Below are positions 24,164-38,973 of a stretch of DNA of 64,000 nucleotides, piece by piece. Below the pieces are notes generated by a model that saw only the letters and a list, made by a program, of their open reading frames with translations, was not told the DNA's origin and searched no databases. The stretch lies in assembly GCF_964188315.1 (NCBI RefSeq), contig NC_135667.1, positions 16,988,001 through 17,052,000 on the forward strand. Reading direction: 5' to 3'. Position 1 is the first letter of the stretch; every line of letters starts with the position of its first letter. The translations under genes and the position numbers were made by a program. This DNA is from Podarcis muralis. Its lineage: Eukaryota.

Positions 24164-25492
24164 AGGCTATTTCTTTTGTGATTGGTGTGATATGCCAATG
24201 GAAAATCAAAGGGGGAAGGGGAGCTGGGATTGGCAGGTTTTGGTTTATGGGGCACACAAGGGATGAAACAGCAGACGGACCTAAGTTCAGGACTGTGAGC
24301 GGCCTGTGGAAGGCTTAGCAGGGAGAAGTAAGAAAGACACACATTGGGCCTCTGCTGGCATTAGATAAAGGCTCCTTTAATACTTTTGCAGACCTCAGGT
24401 TATAAATACAGCCCGCCCACCCCCTATTTACAGCTGGATCCCTGCCCCATGGAATGGGCGTTCCTAGGAGGGAAGAGGGAAGGGGTTGGTGTGCCGAACA
24501 GAGGAGGAGGTGGAGGCAAGAGGCTTGGTTATTGCTAGGTGGAGGGAGGGAGGGGTGCATGTTAGGAAGCACACCTCTTGGAACCTTCCCAGTGCAAGGG
24601 GATACATTTTATACAGCATTTGGGGGTTTTCTGGGCAGGTGGCATCACAGTAATACTGAAGATCACTTGCAATTTAGCAGCATCCAAAAATTCCAGGGTG
24701 TTTCACTATCAGCTACCCTACAACAATTCCTAATTCTGCTGATAGAACCCCTAACAATACAGTGTGAGGAAATCCAGACTATTTCCCTGCCCCTTTTAAT
24801 AATAGCTGTGATACTGTGACTCTATGGATAATAGTATAGAAAAGCCCCCGTTGTCTCTCTTCCCTACCTCCCCATCCCCATTACTAGCATCTCTCTCTGT
24901 TCCCAAGAAACAGCACCACCCCACCCAAATAGTTAACTGAGTTGTCTCCTTGCCTAGTATGGGCTCAGGTAGTCCTGGGGTGCTCGCAGCATGGTGTGGA
25001 AATAAATAGCACATATATTATTTGGGGGGGGGGTGATTTGCGAGAGCCCCTAACACACTAGAGATGCCTTGTTCTTATCTTGCAGCCTCAAATAAACTTC
25101 GTCCATGTACCCTGTTCTCAGCCCTCCTATATAACCACTGGCCTGAAAGTCCCTCTGTAAAAGAAACATCATATATATATATATCCCTTTGGTTTAGGAC
25201 TCTACCCCCATCCCTGCCCCCGAGGAGTTTCAAAATACTGAGTGTTGCAATATTAGAGGGCTGCCTTTAGCAAAGGAACCCCACACTGCACCAAAGGACT
25301 ATTGTCTTTGTCCCTTCCAAATACTTCACTGGAACCCCCCGCCCCCCGCAACGCCTTTCCAGGCCTCCCCAAATCCCCTTTGGCCTAGGAGCCCACTCCC
25401 CCAATCCATCCATTCCCTCCCATACCCCAATAAATAAATAAGTTAGAGGAAATGTGGTCTGTCCGTCTGTGGCTGAGGAGGGAGAGGTATCA

Positions 25493-30143
<4,651 letters not shown>

Positions 30144-30896
30144 CTCGCTCAGGCTGCAGGGTTGAGGGGGGAGGAGGAGGAGGAGAAGGAAGAGGAGGAG
30201 GAGGAGGGGGCCACACAAATGGGGAGGGTCAGCGGGGCTAGGATCCCTCCAGGCGCTCCCCTCGAGGAAGACTCATGGTATCCAAGGGGGCGAGGGGGGG
30301 ATGGAGAGGGAAGGGGGGGATGGCGGTGGTGGTGTGCGGGTTGGTCCCAAGCAGAGCTGCTGTGACAGACAGAGAGACAGAGCCAGGGGAGGGAGGGGGA
30401 GCAGGGAGCAGCTGTCAGCACAGTGCGGGAGGGAACTTAAAGAGACAGTGGCCTGTGGTGTGTGGAGGGACTGGCGGAGGAGAGGAGCGGGCGGAAGGAG
30501 GATGCTGCGAGGATCAGCGCAGCCAGGAGCTCAGGGTGAAGCAGGGGCAGCAGAGCCCGGGGACTGGAGACAGGGGCTGCACCGCCGGAGGAGGAGGAGG
30601 AAAGGGAAGAAGCGGGTGCTGATAGGAGGGAGGCAGGGAGAGGATGCGGGTTGGGGCTGCTGGACTCTATAGGTGGATCCGAAGCGGGGAGAGGTTTGGG
30701 ATGGTGACTCAGAGCGGGAGGCTTGGGACAGGGAAGAGTGGCGGAAGGAGGGAGAGGAATCTGCCCATTCATCTCCTTAAAACCCTCACCGCAGCAGGGA
30801 GTCCCCTGGGTTTAGCTTCTGCCTCTTTTAAACTGGGAGAAGCTGGCTAAGAAGATTGGGGGTGGGGGGAGGAGGAGGCATTCCCCCCATTTGCGG

Positions 30897-31160
30897 CTAA
30901 TCAGGCAGCAGAATTAACCCCCTGAGTGCCAGATCATCCTTTCCCCTATCTCTCCCTCCCTCCCTCCCTTGCTTAGCAGGAAGTCGTGCTCACAGGATGA
31001 TTTAGGCTAATCCTATAATCCCAGCCTGGTTTGTGAGGAAGGATCAGGTCTCTGATGTGGGAAGTGGGAGGGTGTGGGGGGGGGGAAGAGAGCGAGGTAA
31101 AATGAAGGGGGTGGGGGGGCAATTAACCCTTTCCGCTCCCAAAGCATTAGGGACTAATCC
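30897..31160. promoter_or_regulatory. Cluster of K50-homeodomain (CRX/OTX-type) sites upstream of TLCD3B exon 1
   Basis: CTAATCA 30897, CTAATCC 31007, TAATCC 31016, CTAATCC 31154. Confidence 0.5.
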
Positions 31161-31579
31161 TCCAATAAAGCTCCACCTGCTGAGCAGGTGACCCTGATGT
31201 GACCTTTGATAGGTGGGTGGAAAGAGCCTGGCAAGTGCCTGTGGAACTAACTAAAGCAATACTGACACCTTGTGCTGGACTATAGGAACTGCAGCAGGCG
31301 GGTTTCCCAAAGAACAGAGGTGACCTGGTTTTATGAATTGCTTTAACCCATTTCTAAGGTGGGCCAAAGATATTATGTAGTCTTGAAGTGTGTGGGAGAA
31401 GATTATGTGCTCACCTACAGGAGCTGACTGGACTGGCAGCTGAATCTTGCTTTGAATTTCAGCATAGGACTGCCTCTCCACTATATCTGAAGGCAAGAGC
31501 ACACAGGGCTCCTTCCTTCAACACCTCATCATTGCTCCATCCTTCCCACCTTTCACCCCCATCTGATGAATGGTAGGGC

Positions 31580-31582
<3 letters not shown>

Positions 31583-31662
<80 letters not shown>
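31583..31662. repeat. Compound (CT)n(CA)n microsatellite
   Basis: Read directly. Confidence 0.95.
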
Positions 31663-31665
<3 letters not shown>

Positions 31666-31695
31666 GAGAATCTGGGTGTCCAGGTAGTCTCTCAC

Positions 31696-31820
31696 TTGGC
31701 AGATACATAGACTGCATTGAGCTCCTCCATTTGCCCAAAGCGACGCAGAAACCGATACACTGTGTAGAAGAAGCTAGGATAGGCGGCCAAACCCAGGAGA
31801 AAGAAATAGGGAAATTCTAT
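31696..31820 (-). CDS. TLCD3B: Alternative N-terminal coding exon of TLCD3B
   Basis: 125-nt exon with polypyrimidine tract and TTTTTGCAG acceptor, and AA|GTGAGA phase-2 donor compatible with exon 2. It encodes IEFPYFFLLGLAAYPSFFYTVYRFLRRFGQMEELNAVYVSAK, paralogous to exon 1 (…WEEADAVIVSAR). Probable start mini-exon at 32817-32803 (ATG GCA TGG GAA CAG|GTGAGT). Confidence 0.75.
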
Positions 31821-33360
31821 CTGCAAAAACTGGGAGTGGGAGAGAATGTCAGAAATTAGATTAGTTTCCTAACTAACAGAAGATTCTCCTCCAATAAAAA
31901 GTCAGCACATCACTCTGGTCAGCAAAGTACAACTATTCCGCTGGTTATTTTGGTCACCCCCCCCCCCTTACATATAAATTATTGGAGGAAAGTATTGCAG
32001 TGGCTGGTAGCCATGACAGCTAAGGCACGGTGCAACAAGGCAAGCTTAGGCTATGGAGTCCATGGTCTCCAAGGAACCAGCTTCATTTGGAAATGTGCAT
32101 TACTTCATTTGCCAACAATGCTGTGTTTAGTGGCCCTTCTACTTATTCTGCTGAGAGGGTCCCCCTAAAGCCCCACCCTGTTGGCATCAGTTGTAATGCG
32201 GACGTGGTTGCTCCACGGACAGAAGCAAGACACCTCTGCTAGCAGATGCCAAGAACAAAGGACAAGAGGGTCTCCCTGCTACACTCTGCTTGTGAACTTA
32301 TTGGGCTGGATACAGGATGAAGGCTTGACAAGACCTTTGGCTCCCTACAGGAAGGCAGTTCTTATTGTGCTCTCAGCCAGCCAGTTCATTGTGAGCAAAG
32401 TATACTTTCTGTTAAAATGAAGGAAGATTTTCACACTGCAACCCTATAAACATGACTGCCTAAGAAAGTAAGTCCCATGTACTTCGATGTGGCTTGCTCC
32501 CTGGTTACAGGATTGCAGCCTAAATAGACTTAATCAAAAGCAAGACTGGAGCATAGTAAGAACTGCCTTGCTGGATTGGACCACAAAGTCCATCGATAAC
32601 TCTTACATTCCAGAGCTTTTCAATTAATTGTGCCATTATTTCCTGGGTCGTCCTGTCCTTCCCCTTCTCCCCGCCCCACTCTCCACCATCTGCTGCTGGA
32701 GAAAACTGAAATTTCCTTTGCTTCTGAAAGAGAGGAGCCTCTTCACTGGTACAGAAATCAATGAGGGACAAATGTGCACATATTTGACCTCAACCAACTC
32801 ACCTGTTCCCATGCCATCCTAGCAAAGACAGCAGTGGTCACAAATGACATCCCAACCATCCGCTGTCCTTCACATCTATGGAGGGTATTTCATGTTGACA
32901 AGAGATCTTTCCCTAAGGGACTAATGAAGATGTAATTGAAATCTCACAGCTGAAAAGGATTCTACTTAAAACCACATATTATTTCTTGAATATATTATTG
33001 ATTTAATTTGTATACCACCTTGCCTACCCAAGGTAAAGATATGTTTTCACATTCCTTCTGAAAGTTAATAAAAATGGAAACTGGCACAGCTCACTAGGGA
33101 TGGCATTCCACAACCCAAGTGATCAAATCGTACTGGAACCAACAACTGAGGCAACAAAGGAAAGCATTTCCTAACAACCCATCCATGACCTAGTGGCTAG
33201 AGCAGTGGTCCTCAAAAGGGTGTGGCGTGTCACACGGGTTGGGCAGGAGAGGATGTCAAGTGTGGCAGGAAGATTCAAGGACAATCAATATTGTATCTGG
33301 GAGATGATTTGTGTTCTTATGCATTGTTTTATACATTCTGGATGTCCCATGATCATACTA

Positions 33361-33704
33361 TAAAGGTAAAGGGACCCCTGACCATTAGGTCCAGTCGTGG
33401 CCAACTCTGGGGTTGCGGCGCTCATCTCGCTTTATTGGCCGAAGGAGCCAGCGTACAGCTTCCGGGTCATGTGGCCAGCACAACTAAGCCGCTTCTGGCG
33501 AACCAGAGCAGCGCACAGAAACGTCGTTTACCTTCCTGCTGGAGCGGTATCTACTTGCACTTTGACGTGCATTCAAACTGCTAGGTTGGCAGGAGCTGGG
33601 ACCAAGCAACGGGAGCTCACCCCATCGTGGGGATTCGAACCGCCGACCTTCTGATCGGCAAGTCCTAGGCTCTGTGGTTTAACCCACAGCGCTACCTGTG
33701 TCCC
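33361..33704 (-). mobile_element. Sauria SINE
   Basis: Colinear with the 889-1238 copy over its full length. Confidence 0.92.
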
Positions 33705-35171
33705 TTATATTATAAAGTAGGTGTGTTCTATGATATAAATCAAGCACTTCTATTTTTTGTTTTGTTTTCCAATGTGTTTCTTATCAATAAAAATCCAGTG
33801 TGGTGCAAGCAAATTATTATTATTATTATTATTAACTGAATTTATATACCTCCCTTTACTCAGAGGTCTCAGGGCAGTTCATACTTTATTCTGAAAGTGT
33901 TTCCCAGAGAAAAAGTTTGAGAACCACTGGGCTGGATTGTTAGACTCACACCATTCCCATTCCTTGATGAGGATCACTTAGGCTGGTCACTATCTCTCAG
34001 CAACAACCTCACAGGGTTGTTGTAATGATGAAATGAAGGGAGGTTATGCCTGCCACCTTGAGCTCCTTGAATAAAGGTTTGGATGGAAATGTAATAAATA
34101 AAACATATATTCACTCCTGTGGGATAAACGCCACAAGACAAACATACGAAAAAAAGAAAGCAGCAGGTTTTATGCAAACACAGACACAATCCAAAGCTGT
34201 GCACTTTCCAATGCCATTGATCTCAACAGTGCAACCCTGTGTGAAATAGCCACACTTTAGGTTTTCAAAAAGGCCTGGAAAACCCACTTGGTGTATGTGG
34301 CACTTTCGTATTACTCCATCCAGTTATTGTACTCCTTTTGGCTGACAGGTTTGTTAAGGTTGTGGCTACATTCAATAAAGTAGAGGGAAGTTTCATATAG
34401 TATTTTATCTTTGTGCTATGATGAAGTGCACCTCTAGCATATCTGAGGTATTCACCAGTATATTTTTAGTGGCATACCTGGTGTTGCATCATTGCAGCAA
34501 GGGTTCTGCCCTCTAACCCAGTGGTTCCCAAACTCTCCCTCCCCCTGCCACTACGCGCCACGTGGGCCACATGAAAATTGGCAGACCGCTCGGCCTTTTG
34601 TAGCAATTTCAATGTATTGCACTAGATGCTGTATGATTTTTAATTGTAAAGTTCGTCTGGAAACCACCGTTTGGGAACTTCTATAGGCCCCCAGCCAGCA
34701 TAACTGAAGCACATAATTCTTGGGGGGGGGGGGGGAGTCTGATATTTGAAGATTTGGGCTGCAGTCCAACTCTTGAGTGGGTAAAGAATGGGCTGAGGAG
34801 GTTCTGCCACTGCTGAAATTCCTGCTGTCCTCAGTAGCTAGGACAAGACACCCCAAATGGAGCATTGGGGGCACAGGGACAGGCAGAGCAAGGACAGCCG
34901 ATGAACTGCTGGATATGGGATGGATTTGGTTCCCGCTGCTGTGCCAGCCACTCCAGGGTCCCTGGGGCCACATGGCCCGAGGTTAGGATTGCTCAGCTAG
35001 TACTTCTGAGTAAAAAAACGCATAGTAAATTTCAAAACATTGGGGTATCTAAATGTTGTTGTTTTTTCTGATTAGCAACCACTTAGTAACAATGAGTAAG
35101 TAGATCAGCGTGAAAACCTTTGGATAGGAACCAAAAAGGGAAGCTGTTAATACGCTGAAGTTTCAGCATTA

Positions 35172-35397
35172 CACTGGTACCTCGGGTTACATACGCTTCA
35201 GGTTAAAGACTCCGCTAACCCAGAAATAGTACCTCGGGTTAAGAACTTTGTTTCAGGATGAGAACAGAAATTGTGCTCCAGCGGCGCGGCAGCAGTGGGA
35301 GGCCCCATTAGCTAAAGTGGTGCTTCAGGTTAAGAACAGTTTCAGGTTACGAACAGACCTCTGGAGCAAATTAAGTACTTAACCCGAGGTACCACTG
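35172..35397. mobile_element. Tc1/mariner MITE (same family as 1448)
   Basis: TA|CACTGGTACCTCGGG...CCCGAGGTACCACTG|TA. Confidence 0.87.
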
Positions 35398-36567
35398 TAT
35401 ATCTAGGGGGGGGGGGGGAATGACATATTTTCTACTACATAAATGAACCATAGGTGTCAATTTCATAGAATGGCAAGAGACCAACGAAGGTCATCTAATC
35501 GAACCGCCTGCAATGCAGAATAGCCCTGAGATGAAGAGTCTGCTGCTCTACCAAATGAGCCATCCAGTGCGAAGAGTGAAAATCCATTTTTTTACGATAA
35601 CGAGGCACTTAAATAACTAGCTTACCCACCTTCAGGAATATTAATGCAGCGACCTAAATATTTTCTTATGAAGGCAGATCTGCGTATATATTTAAATGAC
35701 TCTTTCAGTTATTACATATGCACCGCCATCCACCTGGGCGCATCTGGGTAACTCTGCATGTCTGCTCTCCTTCCCGCCTAGTCCTGGGGCTAATTAACGA
35801 GGGATGATTAATACATTTAAATTATTGCAGCAAATGTCTGCGCAAACTCAAATCGCGGCCTGCCCTCCTCTCTCCTGCCCTCTCTGCGCATCTATAACGT
35901 ATTGCACGCAGCCCGCCCCACCCCGGGCCTAACTGCCCCTTCAGATAGTTTGTGGTTTCCGTGGCAACAACGAACCGCCAACAATAGTAGGGGCACGGGG
36001 GGGTGGAGTGGAGTGGAGCAGGAGAGGCGCTTTGCGCATGTGCACAGAGCTGCAACCCGTCTTCGAGACAGATGCAGGAAAAGTGAAGAGGGGGCAACGC
36101 GGTTTTTCCGAAGACGGGACTTCTTGGGTTCCTTTCTATCTTTTTCTCTCCCTCCCACACCCCACCACCACGGGGGGGGGGGGAGGAGCGCTGCCCATAG
36201 CAAACAAAGAAGATCGCAGCTCCGTAGCCGAGGCTGTACGTGGGATCGGAGCCTCCACCCCCATTTCTCACCTCTGATTGCCGCCCCCCCCGCCCGATAC
36301 AAAAGAAGAATTGTCATTTAGTGCGGAAAATGCGCTTAAAAAGGAAAACCCTGGCATTAATCATTCTCATTCTTGCGGGCTGCGGTAGGGAAAGAAAGAG
36401 CGCTTTGCAACAGCCCTGCAGTGCCGCCGCCCCGTGAAATATTGTTGCGTTGGTAACAATAATTTGTATTGATTTGGGACTTTGCTATTGTATATAGGGT
36501 TTCTATTTCTTTCCTAAGCTGCTATGGGTATTCACTTGGAAGAGCAGAGTAGAAATATCCTAATACA

Positions 36568-36568
<1 letters not shown>

Positions 36569-36628
<60 letters not shown>
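36569..36628. repeat. (TAA)n microsatellite
   Basis: About 20 units, read directly. Confidence 0.95.
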
Positions 36629-36630
<2 letters not shown>

Positions 36631-36953
36631 CGGGGAAGCTGTTCTGCAGCATCTCTGGTTTCTAGTTCCAAACCCTCACGTAAAATACCCTTCAGACTGC
36701 AGGAAAGCCGAATCTGCTTAAATTGTACCCCGAGGCGAGGCCAAATCCAGTGCTCAGGTGCACGCAAAATCGTGGGGCTCCGTCGAATCGCATGAATGCA
36801 TGCAGATGGGTGGGTGTGCTGCACTTTGAAATGCTTAATTAAAAAAAAAACCACAGAAGGACTCCCGAATAATAGTACGATCTCCTATTTTTGCTGCTGT
36901 TTATGGGGCTTGGACACTCCACTTCTCTGTCGCACCTAACACTAAAATCCTGC

Positions 36954-37351
36954 TACAGATGGGTAGCCGTGTTGGTCTGCCATAGTCAAAACAAAAAAAA
37001 TTCCTTCCAGTAGCACCTTAAAGACCAACTAAGTTAGTTCTTGGTATGAGCTTTCGTGTGCATGCACACTTCTTCAGATACACTGAAACAGAAGTTGCCA
37101 GATCCTTCTATATAGTGAGAAGGTGGGGAGGGGTATTACTCAGAGGAGGGTGGGGATGGATATCTGCCAATCACCCATCCCCACCCTCCTCTGAGTAATA
37201 CCCCTCCCCACCTTCTCACTATATAGAAGGATCTGGCAACTTCTGTTTCAGTGTATCTGAAGAAGTGTGCATGCACACGAAAGCTCATACCAAGAACTAA
37301 CTTAGTTGGTCTTTAAGGTGCTACTGGAAGGAATTTTTTTTGTTTTGACTA
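36954..37351. mobile_element. Penelope-like retroelement end arranged as a perfect inverted repeat
   Basis: GTAGCCGTGTTGGTCTG...GCACCTTAAAGACCAAC...AGCTTTCGTG...CACTTCTTCAGATAC resembles lizard Penelope termini (recalled). Arms 36983-37159 and 37175-37351 are exact reverse complements. ACTAAAATCCTGC is duplicated at 36941 and 37348. Smaller related palindromes at ~42290-42460 and ~52835-52950. Confidence 0.8.
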
Positions 37352-37399
37352 AAATCCTGCATTAATTTCCCCCGTCATTTTCTATCAGCAGCAGCCTCT

Positions 37400-38122
37400 T
37401 TCCGTCCCGGAGGAGACCGAATATGACGCCCGAAGTAAACCCGGTGGCAGCCTCCGCGTACGAGTCTTTTGCTTGTAAGTCTATAATCTTCCTATTGCGC
37501 GCATGCGCTGCGCCGCGGAAAACGGCGAAGAAAACCGAGCGAATCATCCGCGCATGCGCCGCTCGTGGAGTAACGACAGTCATGAACTTTTGAATATGAT
37601 GCGCTTTCCGTTTTACCCCCCCACCCGGCCCCGCCCCGCCTCCTTCCCTCCAGCTTTCGGGGCCTGATTGGTCGCTACAACGGGCCAATGCCGCGCTACA
37701 GAACACTCCCGTTACTGGGTAGATTTCCTTCAATAGGTAGGACGAGTCTGTCTGGCGACGTTTCTGTGAGGACCGAGAGGAGAGTGGAGGAAAAGGCTGA
37801 CGGTTTGGCGGGTTGCTGTTAGGAATGAACTGGGATGACGTTTACTTGAATGCAGGAAATAAGGGAAATTCCCGACCACGAGATTAGATGAAGGGCTTTG
37901 ACTATTGTATCTCGAGCTGTTCTCTCCCCCCCCCCGCACCAAAATGGAAGAGGCCCACTCGCTTCCCCTCTCGCTGACGTCACTTCTGGCGCAGGCGCCG
38001 CATTTCCGTTGACGCCACTTTTTTCATTCTTGTCCGAACTCTCGCCTCACTTCCGCGGAGGAGCGCAGCGGCATTAAGAGAGTTTGGTCGCAGTGGGAGC
38101 CCGTAGCGGGCCGCGCGCGCAG
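37400..38122 (+). promoter_or_regulatory. CpG-island promoter and probable first non-coding exon of the Cys-rich TM gene
   Basis: NRF1 GCGCATGCGC at 37499 and 37550, GC box ~37627-37640, CCAAT boxes ~37666 and ~37684, full CRE TGACGTCA 37975-37982, ETS CACTTCCG 38048, donor CAG|GTGCGG at 38122/38123. Confidence 0.7.
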
Positions 38123-38973
38123 GTGCGGTTTCCAGGGCGACCGAGGGACGCCTTGGTATATTTACATACTGCATGGCTCCCAAGTTGCCCAGAGCAGCGT
38201 CTCCCCCTCTCCCGTTTTATCCTCACAACAGCCCCGTGAGGTAGGTTAGGCTGAGAGACAACGGCTTCAGAGCCCAGTTTATTCTCGGCCATTCGCTCCA
38301 CAATGCAGGAAGCCCGGAAAGCGTATGAACGTGATACGAATAAAGCTGCACAGTGAATGATAAACTGTATTCATAAGGGAGTGGACATTAATGAGAAGGG
38401 ACTGGAGGTTCATCAACATTGGAAGGAGGAGGAGGAAGGCCTGTTTCGTTTCCATTTGGTTATGGAAAAAGGCAATTTTGAGGAAGGGAGGGATGCTATG
38501 AACAGGGAGAGGGGAAGTAGGCTTGTCTGAGGGGGTTGTGGGGTCAACTGTCAAAACAGAAGACAAATATTCGAGCTTCATTTCCAAAATAAAAATTTAT
38601 CCCAGTGACACTGAAACTTTAATCAATACCATTCTACATACAGGTATGTGTGTGTGTGTTATAACAGCAACATAAGAGCTTTGGAGCCTGTTTGATCAGT
38701 CTCAATATGGTTTAGACCTCTTTGAAATCAGTAGTGTTCAGAGTTAATATATATGAATGAAAGCTTCATGAAGAAAGTGAGTTTTAACTCTTTTGTTCGG
38801 TAAATTCTGACCCTCTCTTTTGATCTAGCAGACTATAGATGTTGTGCTCAAGGAACAAGTGGAAGCATGGACTGTGGACTGTAATAGCTTCAAGTTATTT
38901 GTCTCTTCCTCGGGGCTCTGAGCTATCCATGGAGCCTCCAGAGGTTGATGCCTAGTCCTTCCCCAACTGAGGA

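Noticed and set aside
31400-31520. Possible third TLCD3B alternative exon (VERQ…/EAVL-like words)
   Set aside because: The similar words are in different frames with stops, and there is no phase-2 donor. Likely coincidence.
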